Shown here: positions 1 to 13,662 of the stretch, in pieces | Numbering within the stretch: position 1 is the stretch's first letter | How the letters are laid out: every line of letters starts with the position of its first letter | Origin: Selaginella moellendorffii | Lineage: Eukaryota; Plantae; Lycopodiophyta | Assembly: GCF_000143415.4 (NCBI RefSeq) | Contig: NW_003314321.1 | Span: forward strand, 630,236-694,235 | Direction: 5' to 3' | DNA: 64,000 nt | Made by a program: the position numbers and the translations under genes | The notes under the pieces: model-generated | The model's input: the letters and a program-made list of their open reading frames with translations, nothing else | What the model was told of the DNA's origin: nothing | Database searches by the model: none

Positions 1-266
1 ATTCATCTTTGAGTTTGGGCTAGTATAGGCAGACTGGCTTCGGCACTTCGTGTGCATGTTGAAATCTCTAGTCATGGGGTAGCTACTGTCAACTGGTCAC
101 ATAACCTGCCTCTCTGTCGATGTTCCTTATTCCGTTAAAAGGGCGTGACCATGTAAACAACTCTAACTGCTTGTTTACAGTAGTATATCTAAACCTTACC
201 GACGGGTTTGGTTTCTTTGTTTAGGAGGGTTGGGGCCTTTGGCTTCTCTCTCTATGTCCTTGCAGG

Positions 267-1410
267 TGTAAGCCACAAATTTTTCCTTTCCAATTTGCCA
301 GCTTACCTCGTCTATCCGTCTGACACTGCCTTGGCTTTTGCTAAGTTCCCTCGCCAAGGTTCTCACCTATGGTACCAACTCCTACTTGGTCCTACTTAGT
401 TTCAGCTACTCACTGCACGAGCAACAGAGCGTTAGCCATCCATCCACGGATTCCCAATCTCTCCTAATCCCCCTCCCCGGTTTAGACTGGACTTAAGGTT
501 CGGCTACACTCCCCACAAGCACAAGCAGCTAAGCACACCAAGCTTCCAGGTTCCTAACATCCCTTGGTACCACAAGACTTGATCATGGGACCCTCTAAAT
601 CCCAAGTCTTGAGTGCAACACTTACTTCGGGATGCCGGGGCGAAACACCGTGGCCTAGCGGCTTGGTATGGGTACCTCTACCCCCCCACTTCCATCCTGA
701 AGGAAGGCCCAAGCCCCTAGGAAGGGCGAGGACCAATGAGCCGCATGGTACTCAAGTGGGGCACCACTCCACATGAGCCGGGAGCACCGCAATCGGTTTC
801 CCTTTCGGGAGTGGGAGTTGCTCTTGAGCAGTTCCTTGGATGGCCCCTCCGGCACCACCCAAGTCCATACTCACTCCCACCCAAGGCCCCTCGGTCTTAG
901 TCTCAACCTCAAGTCGGTTTGAAAGCCCCACTGGAGAGTCCCTTCAAAACTAGTTCCTGGACCTCACTATCCCTACTATACTTTTGGAACCCCCTGCAGC
1001 CCCCCCCCCCGGGAGACGCACGCTTTGGGCTTTCACCCCTTGACCCATATTAGTATTTGGACTTAGTCTCTGGCTCGATCTCGGACTCGATTTCGGATCC
1101 GACTTCGGATTCGGTCTCGGACTCGATCTCGGACCCGATCTCGGACCCAACCTCGGACTCGACCTCGGACTCGGTCTCGGACCCGATTTCGGATCTCAGA
1201 CTCCGTCTCGAACTCCGTTTCGAACTCGGTCTCGAACTCGGTCCCCGAGTCAGCCTTGGACTCAATTTCGGACTCTATCTCGAACTTGGTCTCCGAGTCG
1301 GTCTTGGACTCGATCTTCGACTTGGTCCAATTCGACGAACTCTTTGTCATTTTGGTCATGCTTTCGGGGTTTCTTTAGCCTACGACACCTCGGCGAGTTG
1401 GTTCCTTATA
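267..1410 (-). mobile_element. Solo LTR (family B) nested in the family-A element
   Basis: Termini TGTAAG...CTTATA (CTTACA-like) with 5-bp TSD GCAGG at 262-266 and 1411-1415. The uninterrupted site is seen in the family-A copy at ~54040-54080. 267-~962 matches 61602-~62290. Strand is inferred from the PBS orientation of the related element at 62-63 kb. Confidence 0.8.
1070..1325. repeat. Degenerate 6/12-bp tandem array (TCGGAC/TCGGTC/TCGATC) inside LTR B
   Basis: Directly visible periodicity; it produces the low-complexity SDSISD/RVRD ORFs in the track. Confidence 0.85.
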
Positions 1411-2815
1411 GCAGGCAGGGGCGTATCACACTTTTGTAAGCTGGGTGACTCTTAGAGCAGCAAGGGTGGCTACCTCTGTTAACCATTTCCTTGTCGACGA
1501 CGGCTGGAAAGTGTCTGAGCTGGTAGCGCATCCATGTTAGACAAAGAGGTTGCCTCCTAACTCATTAAGTTGGTGCATTTCTCACATAGTGTAAATACCG
1601 CAAACTTTTTCTGGAGTTGTTTCCTTGGCGGTATTCTAGACTCGAGTGTGCATCAACAAGGACGTCGATCTTCCCTAGGGGGTGAGAGTGTCGCAAATGT
1701 GACTTCGGGTATCAAAAGTTACCTGTCGGCTAGTCCTTTCGGATATTCTTTCTTTACTGCCACGATGGCAGGAGGTCGGTATTGCTGGACCCGTTATCAG
1801 TTCCCACTTGAGCTAGTTGAGAAACTGGTCAATGAACATGCACTTAAATTGGATAAACATAAGGTAGGAACCCTATGTGTTTCTTGCTGAGCATACTCTG
1901 CCTGGTTTGAGAAACTTGTGTCATTGGCTTGCACTTAGTAGTATCAAGAACCCCCGCGATATTGAGATTAGTCCCTCAATATTGCTAAATGATAGCTTAC
2001 CGTGTCTGCCAAACACCCTCGCTATCATGCCCTTTGTGTTGGTCTCATTTCGGTCCCAAATGTTATTTATAGAAAGTGTCCAGATTTGCTCATTTGGCAT
2101 ATCTACAGAATGTAGAGATCATCCTGAACACAATAGTGTTCGTCCCGTGTCCACATTCGCAATCTAGGGACATTTCATATTTAGTAAGTTTCGAGCTTGT
2201 CCCAAAGATTAACTCCTAATACTAAGGGAGGCTTGGGGTGAAAGCCCAAAGCGTGTGTTCCTCAAGGGGGGCTGTGGGGGGTTCCAAATGTATAGTAGGG
2301 ATAGTGGGTAGGTCAGGTATGGCCGACCAACTTGAGGCATAGTCTAGCTCCCACTTGCGTGCCTTTCCTTGTTCTGCGTCCGGCTTGGGTCTAAACCCAA
2401 GTTCCATTCCATGCTGGCAGGTGGAGTACCCATATCCTCGCGTTAGGCCACCGGTATGCTGAAATAGCGCTAAACTCTGTTTGGCTTCGTTTTGCATGTT
2501 GGTCCTAGCATTGGGATGCTGGTTGCTCCAGGACTGTTCCAAGTCGCTCCGGGCTCCTGCCCCTTCGCTCCTTGGGCTTTATGCTTGGGAGTTGCTCCGT
2601 GGTTCAATTCCGTCACTCCTTGGCTCCATGCTTGGGAGTTTGGCACCGTTCCTTCGTTTAGTGGCCCAAGGTCCTGAACCTCGGGTTCCTATGGACATGT
2701 GGCATGTGACACGTGGCATATGACACATGCCACATAGAGGGTTTAGGTTCCACTTCGTGGTGTTATCCTATGGTAAATCAACATAGGATAAAGGGTCAAA
2801 ACCACATGCGCTACA

Positions 2816-5560
2816 ATAGTGAATTGGCTTTGAGTGTTCCTTTGACAGTTCAAGGGATTCTCAACCATCCTTCGTTCTAGGTTATGGATCTTGGTTGCAC
2901 AGACGTTATTCTTGGGGAGGAATGATTTTATGATAGGAAGCTAGGGATTGATTGGGAGCGTAATGTTTTGCATATCAAAGTTGGTAGCACTGTGAAAGAG
3001 ATTGTTGGGATAGACAATAATGATACTCCATTGATTAACGCTTTGGAGTTAGTGACATGCACACATGAGATAGCTGATTCTGTGGTGTACCTGTTTCTTT
3101 CTAATATAATCATATCCGATTTGGAGTACATTTGTGGGCATAGGGCTTGGATGGATTCCATTCAGGAGGAGTTCCATAACGTATTTCTAGATGAGTTGCC
3201 TAATGGTTTACCTCTCGACTGTGGAATTCAGCATGAAATTGACTTGGTACCTAAAGCTACTCCTTATCCACGACAACCGACTCATACTAGTCCTGCTGAA
3301 GATGAGGAGATTAATAGGTAACTTGTTGAATACCTGTGGAAAGGGTGGTTATAGATCAGCAAATCTCCTTGGGATGCTCCAGTGGTAATGGTAAAAAAAA
3401 AAGATGGTACATGGTGTCTCTACATGAATGACAAGGAATTGAATGATAGGACGGTAAAGAATATGTTCCCAATCCCTCGTATCGATGATTCACTCGATCA
3501 TCTTTGTGGTGCTCGATATTTTTTGAAAATTGATTTGAGGTAAAGGTATCATCAGATTTGTGTCAAGCCAGGGGATATTCCGAAAACTACATTTCGGACA
3601 AAGACAACACTACAAGTTTTTGGTGATGTTGTTTGGTTTGACAAATGCTTTTGCAATTTTTCAGAGATTGATGAATCGAGTTTTACAGCCTTATTTGGGA
3701 AAGTTTGCAATTGATTATTTTGATGATATCTTAATATTCAGCTTTTCAATGGAGGAACATGAGATGCATGTGTGAAGTGTTTTACAACTTTTGAAGGACA
3801 ATAAGCTCTACTTGAAGTTATCAAAATGCAAGTTTGTTTTAGAGATTGGATATCTCGAGCATTTGATTTTAGTATATGGAATGAGACTTGATCCCGCAAA
3901 GATTCAGGTCATGGTTGATTGGCCTATATCTTTGATAGTGCATGATTTCTATAGTTTCCTTGGTGTGGCTGGAGTTTTTCAACGATTTATAAAGGACTTT
4001 TCAAAGATAGCAGCCCCTTTGACTAATCTTCTCTAGAACATGTCAAAACATGTTACTATTCATGGTTAAGATGAGAATTGTGAAGTGGTATTTCAATGTT
4101 TGAAGATTTTTGATCCTGAAAAGCCTCTTGTGATCAAGACAAATGCAAGTGACATTGTTATTAGAGCCATATTGCTTCAAGTTGGGCATCATCTTGTGTA
4201 TATAAGCCATAAGTTTGATGCCACACAATGGAATTAGCCTACTTAAGATAAAGAGTTATATGTTGTGATTGCTACTATGAAGGAATGGCGACATTATCTA
4301 TATAGATCAGACTTCTATATAGATTCAGACCATTAGTGTCTCCAATATTTCAATCAATAAAAGGATCTTTGAGGCCACCTTGCTCGTTGGCAAGAGTTCC
4401 TGTAGGAAATGTCTGTTAAGATCAGATACAAGCATGAAGGTGATAATAAAGTGGCTAATGCATTATCTAGGATAGTAAATTCTGTTTCACTCATAAAGCT
4501 ATCTAGCAATTTCTTGGATGAGCTTAAAGAGTTTGTGGACTTCGACTCCTTTATCAGTGATATTCGTGCAAAGGTTTTGTTAAGGGACTTCTCTACAGAT
4601 TTAAAGGGTGACAAGTTTGCATCATTCGAGATACAAGATGAAATCCTAGTGAAGAAGGGACATGTAGTGATTCCTTGTGTTGACAAACTCATCAAATGGA
4701 TTTTAGTTGAGTGTCATGATATGCCAAATGTTGGGTATCCAAGGGTATTAAGAACATATATGTTAGTGAAGAGGCATTTCTTTTGGCTTGGGATGAAGTC
4801 AAATGTTGAAGAATCAGCTATTAGAAGATTTGCTAAGGTCTTTTGTGGGAAACTTGACTCAACAGATAGTATGGGAGAAGTACTTACCTTTGCTTCAATT
4901 TGCTCATAATAGCGCTCATCAATTAACTATTGACATATCTCCCTTTATGGTGATATATGGCTATGAGCCGAGGTCTCGTATGAGTTTGAATTTAGCTTTG
5001 ATTCAGGTACCTCATACTTGTGATTTCCCAGAGGATATGCAAAACAAGCTTGAGTTGACAAAGTTGAACATGAGCCAAGCTTAAGAGTGAAACAAAAGAT
5101 TGGCTAATGAACATTGTCATCATCAATAGTACAAAGTTGGTGACAAGATTTTCCTTAAGCTGTCAGATGCACAATGGTCTCTAAAAGGAAGTGGCAATGC
5201 TAAGTTGTCTCCACAATATTGTGGGCTTTGAACAATTTTACAGCATATGGGGGATCTTGCATACACTTTGGACTTGCCAATTAATTTGAAGATTCATCCA
5301 ATGTTTCATATGAGCAAGCTTAAAGCATGTTTGCACTCTAGTGATGTCATGGATCAGTCCATCATCTAAGTTCCAAAGATTGATGCAGAGAAGTCTCAAA
5401 GATTAATGAAAACACGCTGGAAGACAACTAAAGAGTTGTTAGTTTAATAGAATGATTATTCCATGGATGAAGTTATATAGGAAATTGAGGATGACATGAA
5501 GAGAGTGTTTTTGAATTTTGGTTATGACTTGGATGACATTCATGAGAAAGGGGATAATTG
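2816..5560 (+). mobile_element. Decayed Ty3/gypsy (chromovirus-like) pol: protease end, RT, RNase H, integrase with most of the core deleted, chromodomain remnant
   Basis: Fragments [48 protein letters not shown]...GYPRVLRTY and WEKYLPLLQFAHNS. A chromo-like KTTKELLV..E segment lies at ~5410-5500 and a PPT GAGAAAGGGGA at ~5544-5554. Many stops and frameshifts. Confidence 0.85.
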
Positions 5561-5848
5561 AGTTCTATATCTGTATTACTATATAATTTGAGCCATTTGT
5601 TCTATTCTCATTCTCTGGTTTCCATAACCACATTGTCATGTGAAAAAGTTATATTGCTTTCTTTCTTTTGTGGCATTTGTTGTGATGTTAGTGTTGCCAT
5701 TTACACATCTCTTCTCCATGGCCATATTGCTTTAGACTCCCTACATGTGAGGCTTGTTTAGCTTCTTGAGGCTGCTGTATGTGGCTCATGAAGGAGGGGA
5801 AAACCATAAGAATATTCTAAGAATAATCTTGGGATTTAAAGTTAAGGG

Positions 5849-8160
5849 TTGGGAGGTTGGTCTAGGGTTGGAAAGTTTCATGTTACCTCAAGGAACTTTA
5901 GCTGCACCACCACCACTACCTCCTCCACCACCACATGGCAATACTGTTGTGCCACCTCCACCGCCACCACCTCCTCTTCCACAAGCTGCAAGGCCTCTAG
6001 CTCATCACTGCTGCCGCTGCTGCCTCCACTGGGAATGCAAGGCACTCCTCCGCCTCCACCTCCACCTTTGAAAGGACAGCCTCCACCTCTGCCACCTCCT
6101 CCCGGATCAGCAGTAAGATCTTCTCCACTGCCACTGCCGCCTCCTCTCAGTGTGAAGTCACCATTGCCTGGTGTACCACCTCCTCCGCCACCTGCATTGG
6201 GGAAAGGACGAGGTAGTAGTCCTTTGACACCTTCGCCTCCTGGTGGTCGAAGCCGAGGACAGGTTGCTGGTGCTTTGGGTCTGGCATCTGCTACACCGAA
6301 GAAGACCTCTCTGAAGCCATACCACTGGGTAAAGGTTACATGGGCTATGCAGGGCAGTCTATGGGCGGACAGTCAGAAGCAGGAAGAGCAGTCAAGGTGT
6401 GTCTTGTGGTCTTTTTCTTTTGTTACATGTGCTCACAATTTTTTGAATTTGACATGAATGAGCTAGGGAGCCTCTTCTCGGCCGCTGTTCTGAATGCTGC
6501 TGCGGGTGGTGACAGAGCAGGTGGTTGTCGTGCATCTCTAGTTCCCAAGCAGGAAAAAGTGCTCCTGGTGAGCTGCCTTTTGTAATAGAAGCCGAGGCCT
6601 CACTTTTGTTTTATTCAGATTGAACATAGACGAGCGTACAATTGTGAGATAATGCTGACAAAAGTGAAGATGCCACTGCCAGAAGTTGTTGTAAGTGGCT
6701 ATCTACATTATGCAATGTGGTTTTTACTTGAGCACTCAGAAAGCAATACTATGGGACAGTACTGGATGTAGATCAGGTTGATAATCTGATCAAGTTTTGT
6801 CCAACAAAGGAGGAGATGGAAACGCTCAAGGTTTTATTTCCAGATATGATCTTGCCATCTAACTTACGCTGGTGGTTTTGCAGAACTACACAGGCGATAA
6901 AGAATGCCTGGGCAAATGTGAGCAGGTTTGTCCCACTTTGTCTGAAACAGTATCATTTACTAGACAATATGTTTGTTTTTGCAGTGTTTCCTGGAGATGA
7001 TGAAAGTTCCTAAGGTAGAGTCCAAATTTCTTTTAAACTTCAGTTCACGTCGCAGGTTTGGTCAAAATTATTTTGTCTACCCTTTCAAACGTTGGTATCA
7101 GGTGTCAGATTTACGAGAAAATCTGGTAGTAGTCAATGAAGCTTCAACAGAGGTAATTTCGACTCTTCTTGTAAGTTGCAGAGTCTCCTAAGCTTGAAAG
7201 AGTGATGCAAACGGTTCTGTCCCTGGGAAATGTGTTAAACCAAGGAACTGCTAGAGGTAAGAAGAGTGCCAGGGAGCTTGAGCTAAGTAGCAAGTGTGGC
7301 TGTTGTTCCAGGGGTGGCGATTGGATTCAGACTCGATAGTCTACTTAAGCTGAAAGAAACTCGAGCTCATAATTCTAGAACTACGTTATTACATTATGTG
7401 TAAAGTAAGGTGCAACTGTTTTGGCTCGTGACACTAGTGGCAGATTGCATCCGAGAAAGTGCCCGAAATACTTGATTTCGACAAGGAATTGCTTCACCTT
7501 AAGGCAGCCACCAAGGTTCTTATATTTCGTACTCTAGTATTTGTGTCTTGGTTTTCTGATCTGTGTTACAGATTCAATTGAAGGCTCTTGCAGAAGAAAT
7601 GCAAGTCGTAAGCAAAGGCCTGGAAAAGGTTGAGCAGGAATTGACAGCATCTGAAAACGATGGAGCCATCTCTGATGGGTTTCGAAAGGTGATGTTTGCC
7701 TGCTTTGCGTGCATTTTCCTAATGTTTTCTATGCACGCACAGAGCTTGAAGAGTTTCCTTGATATGGCGGAGGCGGAGGTGAGAACACTGGTGTCTTTGT
7801 ACTCTGAAGTGGTGAGAGATGTTAAGTTTCTATGTATGGCTTGTTGAAAGCATTGTCACTTTGCAGGGCTGCAATGCCGATTCCTTGGCGCACTACTTCA
7901 ATGAGGATCCCACTCGCTGTCCATTTCAGCAAGGTACTTAACCATTTGGTCTGTATGCACTTGATTTTACAATGCTCGACATCTCTTGGTTTTGGTGCGC
8001 AGTGGTGTCGATCATTTTTAATTTCATCATGATGTTCAAGCGTGCATTGGAAGAGAACAGCAAGCTAGTGGAGATGGAAAGGAAGAAAGCCAAGGAGGCC
8101 GACAAAGACAAGGTTCTCCCACAGAGAAGAGAGCTGGATGGGCTACTGGCACCCCAGTGA
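5849..8160 (+). pseudogene. Class II formin FH1-FH2 gene, 5'-truncated and frameshifted
   Basis: Poly-proline FH1 followed by FH2 motifs LKPYHWVKV..AMQGSLW, RAYNCEIMLTKVKMPL, LGNVLNQGTARG, GFRLDSLLKL and IQLKALAEEMQ across many GT-AG introns. Small deletions and stops are present, and no PTEN-like N-terminus was seen. Confidence 0.8.
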
Positions 8161-8309
8161 AGCAGGATAGCATGACCATTTAAGTCGGAGATTTTGAAAG
8201 GGGGTCTTTGTTTGTACATTCTTCTAGATAGATTATTGACAGAAAGAAGATTTTTGAAGATAAGAAAGTGAATGACATTGTCCATTCTTCTATATATGAA
8301 GTACAAATG

Positions 8310-11300
8310 TATAGTTATAATGCCATATACTAATATTAGTGTAGTGGGATTTTAGTAACTGTTGGATTGGTTTTAATTCGGACCATTCGTTTTTATATAT
8401 TGGGTTAATTGATATGCACATTTTGTGTATTCCCTTTTTATATTCCATGCGCTCACATTAGTGGAGATGAGGAGCACCTTTGATTGTCCTTAAAGAATGC
8501 TTAGATTTAGGATTTTGGTTTAAATATAACTTTCATATCGTCTAGATCTAGTTCTTTCCATTGATTTAGATCTAACTTTTGCATTGTCTAGATCTCCCTT
8601 TCATTCTAGCTTTTTTTCATTTCTCTTCTTTTGCTCTTTCCTTTCTATTCATCTTCATGGCAAAGTAATAGTCTTCTCGTCCTTTGACTCTAGAGCAGTA
8701 GTTAGTGCAATTGCTTGATGCTATGTAATTGCAATTGAACAACTAAACTCAGTTGATGGCAGCATTCACGGCACGTGGTATAGCTCCTCGTGCTCTTGGT
8801 TCCAATTCTTGCGTTTAACTAGAATTCTTTCGTGGGAATCCTAGGGATGATGTGTACCATTGGTTTGATTACTTTACAGTGATTGCCACATATCATTCTT
8901 AGGATGATGCTCAACATTTGCATGAGTTTTCAACGTGTCTCCAAGGGTGTGGCTAACACTTCATTAAGATCTTATTAGACTTATGCATACACTTGCTTCA
9001 GCCACCTTTGATGATATTCTTTGCTTGGCACAACATTATGAGACATTGCTTCTTCCACTTTTCATTATACGTCCTTCAGCTCCACTTCTTGTGGGCGATG
9101 GTTTTGTTCCAATGGAGGTTGATGTTGTTGCTACTCGAGTCCAAGGACAAGGGCAAGGATGTGGTCATGGCCGTGATGTTTGTTGTTGAGCGTGTGATGA
9201 AATTGATCACACTTATTAGCATTGTCGGTGTTTTCTAGATTGGTAGCCTCCATTTCCTAGATGGAGACCTTGGCATCAACAATGTCTTATTGGTGTTGCT
9301 ATAGTGCAAGGTCTGGACACTGAAATACATCTAAGAAACGAGGAGTCACGTGAGTAATGGAGGGACCTTGTGTGAATAAGTCAGTGACCCTTCCATCTTT
9401 CTTTCGGGAGTTAAGGGGTTTATTTGGCACTAGTTCATTAAATGTTTACTTTCCAAGCTTGTTTTTATAACAAGAGGTCTTCTATTATTCTCTCCATGTT
9501 GGTTGATACAGGTTCAAGTTTACCTTCTATTGCTTGACCTATTGCCACACAATGCCATCTACACTTGCATCGTGCGGTGGAGCCAATTTTCATTCTTTAT
9601 GGCAACAGTCATATATATATGAGGCGGACCTAGTTGTGCGTGTGGGCGATCTCAAGCTTGGGTTGCAATCGCCAAGTCAAGCTTTTGACCTCATCTTTGG
9701 TATAGATTGGTTGCAACGCAATCATGCCAAGTATGACTTTGAGGCTTCTCCCTCTTGTATCATACTTCTTTATATTTCATCCGTTCCTCTCACTTTCGTA
9801 CTTTTTCATCCCTCTACTTCTCACTCTATTTCTATTACTTTTGTTTCCCCACTACTTCCTTCTATGTTTTCGTCTTATTCCACTCTTCCCTTTTTTAATG
9901 CATCCAATAGTCTTCGTGTTGCAGTGGTGGACCAGCTCATGAAGGAGTATGCTGATCTCTTTGAATTTGACCTATCACTAGGACCAAGATTGCCACACGT
10001 TATTTGATTCCAACTGAGGATGCTTATCTAATCAAGGTTTCTATTCATTGTCGATCACATAAAGAGATCAAAATTTTACGTATAAACGTCAAAGAGATGT
10101 TGGAAAATGGTGTTATTCGAAAGTCGTAGAGTCCTTGGGCATGTGAATCTCATCTTGTGACAAAACCTGATGGGAGTGATTGTTTTTGTATCGACTATTG
10201 TCCGTTAAACAAAGTGATAATCCCGGATGTGTACCTTCTTCCTCACACTGCTAATCTCTTGAATCATCTAGGAAGAAGTCATTGGTTCACCAAGCTAGAT
10301 CTTGCTTCTAGGTACTGGCAAGTACTGATGGCCAAATTAGATATTTTTAAAACTGTTTTTTGTATACTGTTTGGTTGTATGAGTTCTTGGTAATGCCATT
10401 TGGTTTGAACAATGCTTTAGCAACTTTCCAGCGAATGATGGACAAAGTTTTTTGCGATATGCTGGAGGCGACTACTAACTTTATTGATGATATCTTGATC
10501 CACTCAAAAGGGCCGTGGGAGGAACATATCCATAATGTTTATAAAGTGTTAGATTGACTAAGGAACGTTAGTTTATAACTGAAGTGGTCGAAGTGTGTGT
10601 TTGGGTCCAAGGACACAATTTTTCTTGGGTATTATATTTCTCATAAGGGTTTGCAAGTTGATTAACAAACTTATAGCTATTATAAAGTGAAGTGTGTGAA
10701 TAATGTGCAATACTTCTTGGGCAAGGAGTAATATCTCAGTCGTTTTGTGGATCATCTTTCTAATCACACTACATCATTGTGAACATTGCTGAAGTTATCA
10801 ACGTCATTTTTCATTTGGTCTCTGAATTGTGAGTTCATAGATCTCAAAGAGCTAATGACAACTCCTCCAATTTTGGCATATCCTAACTACACTCTACTTT
10901 TCATTTTATGCATGGATTCTTGATTAGTTTTAAAGGAGTGTTGATGCAAGAGAGCCCAAGTGTGCCTTGTCAATGCTATCCCATTGTGTATATAAATTGC
11001 ACATTACAACTAGTGAAGGTGAACTACTCCACGATAGAGAAAAAGTGTTTAGCAGCAATTTGGGGTTTTGAAAAACTTCATGCATATTTACATAATTCTC
11101 AGATGTTACTAAAAGGTGATCATGCTGCTGTTATTTCATTATTGAAGCGGAAGAACCTAGTTGGTCATACTACTCGGTGGGATTTGAAGCTTCAGATATA
11201 TAATTTTGATGTTGTTCATCACCCAAGGAGTTCTATAGCTAATGCTAATGCATTTTCTTGAACTCCTCTTCCTTCTTCAATCTCTTCTCATGTTTTTAAC

Positions 11301-11640
11301 AAATTTGTTGTTCCAGCATTTATGGATTTTTTAGACGAGGATTTTGTGCCATCGGTAGTTGTTATACTTGACGTTCAGTATCCACAAAAGCAAAATCTAC
11401 CTTCTCTTGATGAAGTTCGCGATGCTCAAAAGATTGAGCCATGGATTCGAAGATTTTGAGATGGGTTTAAGAATTTTGCATCATTTGCTGATGACTTGCT
11501 ATTCCGGCATTTACATTCTTAATATCACCTTGAAGACAACCTTCTTTATTTTGTAGGGACAGATCCTAATAATCATTTACAGCTAGTGGTGTCTTCCGTC
11601 TTTATTCCATGGTTTCTCCATGCATACCATGATTCTCCTC
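8310..11640 (+). mobile_element. Decayed, 3'-truncated copy of the gypsy element at 44175-49176
   Basis: Colinear LTR (ends CTCACA ~8456), PBS remnant TAGTGGAGATGAGG, gag with an internal deletion at ~8947, PR, RT (FGLNNA, FIDDILI) and RNase H. It stops in the integrase Zn-binding region. Confidence 0.85.
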
Positions 11641-12408
11641 CATTGACCAGAGTTTCCCCGGGATGTAATCTCTCATGTTGAAAACCCTAGCCAGCCTCAA
11701 AATGTCCACTATCGCTTGCACAAACTTGTCGACATCAGCCAGCATGTAAGTTATCATAGTCATGTTCATGCGAGTAGAATAGACTCCCACATTCGTCAAA
11801 GAGGGATCGAGCAAGACGGTGTTGCTCCTCTCGTCTCTGGAAATTACTTTAGAGACCACTACAGTGGTATAGCTTTCAGCCATTACACTCCAGAAGTGAA
11901 ATTCTACAGGAAACTTATCAACAAATTCGCTGGCTGGACATCCAAGGTTTGGAGAAGCAATAAGATCATGGACAGGGTAAACAGGCACCTCTTTTCAATC
12001 TTGCAAGATCGGCATGAGAACCTCCGGTTTTCACCAGCGAGGAGCCCATGGCATTCATAGACTTGCTCATTTCCAGAGAAAATCTCTGAGACATCATCAT
12101 AGTCTCTTGCTCGTTAAGTTTTAGCTCAACATGGAAAAATGGAATCTCACAGGATCTGTTGCTGGGAGCTCTAGCTACCTCGGCTCTCTCGCTGGAATGG
12201 GCTATGGCTGATCTTCTCAGGAATCGCTGAGTTCTCGGCTCAGAGCCAAATCGATGCAAAGAAAAGCTTGTGGACGAGTCGGACATTGCAAAGCTTCCAT
12301 TCATCGAGGCCATAGCCAAGGAAACACTGAGACTCCTGGCTCAGCTAGCTCTTCCCAATATCGTCCATGGAGGCCCGATTAAACTCAGGGGCTATACCAT
12401 CCCAGACG
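11638..12408 (+). pseudogene. Cytochrome P450 pseudogene, 5' part (interrupted by the MULE)
   Basis: LLGALATSALSLEWAMADLL and ExxR motif AKETLRL. Near-identical to 27619-28379; the sequence resumes at 25293. Confidence 0.8.
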
Positions 12409-13478
12409 GGGATGGTCCAAAGTTGAGTTGAGCTCATGAGTTGAGCTCAATTCAACACAAGTTAACTCAAGTCAACATAGTCAATAAGAAATATTACAAA
12501 GGAGATCTAAATTGAATAAATGAAGGTTCTAGCAAACTTTAAAATATTAAAATACGTAAATATCTAAGTTAAAAGTTTCTATAAGATTGAATTGTTTAAA
12601 AAAGACAAAGTCCTATCTTTTATAAAACTATATTATTTTATTATGACAACTGTTACAGCTGTCATATTTGATTTGACTACTTAATATTTTGAATTCTTTT
12701 ACAGCTGTAGATACTATTCCTTCATTCAAAAGATTTTTTAGGGTTCTTGAGAAGATGGGAAGCAAGGAAAATACAAGATCTGTGAGTAAGAGTTGTAGTG
12801 CAAAAGAATGTGAGAATGTTAATTTTGTTTCACTACCACAATCTCCATATTACACTCCCGGTCCTTATTACCCATCTGGGAATGTGGAGACCATTATCAC
12901 GATTGATAAAAATGCTCCTGTTACTTCTGAAACAACAGTCCAGAGCAAGAGAAATGAAGAAATGAACAGCACGGCGGAAAACACCAAAAAATCTACTCTA
13001 AAAAACTTTCCATGACATTTGTAATTTACATATTAATTCATATTAAAAACTCTATTGCTTGCCTATATCGCAATCCTCTCATATGATAAGACCAAGGTAT
13101 ATTTTGCAGTGAATCCTCATTAAAAGTTTTTGGGAATTGTTTGTAAATAATGATAAAAGAAATCAAAATCTTTCGAAAGACTCAAAAGTAATATCACATC
13201 AAAAAATCAACTTTATCTACATTTCCAAGACTAAAAGGTAATCTCACATGAGAGAATGGTAGCGTGCCAACGTGCTCTACCACTATAATGTGGTTTATAT
13301 TTCCTTGCAATTTATTTCCCTAGACATTTGGCATGTGTAGAAAAGAATATATGTGTAGCAAAGTAGGATTCATCATAATGATAGAGCATGTGTATACATG
13401 ATAATCTAAAATTTTAGAAGCTCTTATGTTTACAAGAAAGCTATGATTATGAAGCCCCATTTCCAAGACTGACATTTA

Positions 13479-13573
13479 AAGAATCTGAGTATTGTCAGTG
13501 TCATAATAAATAAACCTCATTCCCAAGAATCTGAGTATTGTCAGTGTCATAATAAATAAACCTCATTCCCAAG
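13479..13573. repeat. 47-bp tandem duplication containing TGTCAGTGTCA
   Basis: AAGAATCTGAGTATTGTCAGTGTCATAATAAATAAACCTCATTCCC occurs twice in tandem. Confidence 0.9.
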
Positions 13574-13662
13574 ACTAAAACTTAGTATATAAACTATCTA
13601 GAAAAGTTATAGTCATTGTAGGTTTTTTGTTCTCCTTGAGCTCCTTAGAAGTTTATATTGAA

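Larger units (their letters stand above)
1..2815 (+). mobile_element. 3' part of an LTR retroelement (family A): internal 3' region, PPT and 3' LTR (1689-2815)
   Basis: Purine tract AGGGGGTGAGAG precedes TGTCGCAAAT at 1689; the LTR ends ...GCGCTACA at 2815. The LTR matches 17767-18901 and 52648-53791 in reverse complement, and the internal part matches ~53792-54330. Confidence 0.85.

Noticed and set aside
1050-1455. Repetitive SDSISD / RVRD / ESEIES ORFs on both strands
   Set aside because: They are translations of a 6/12-bp tandem array inside a solo LTR.
12689-13015. Possible fifth cargo gene (MGSKENTRS...)
   Set aside because: Short, with no recognisable motif or paralogue; it cannot be supported without other copies.
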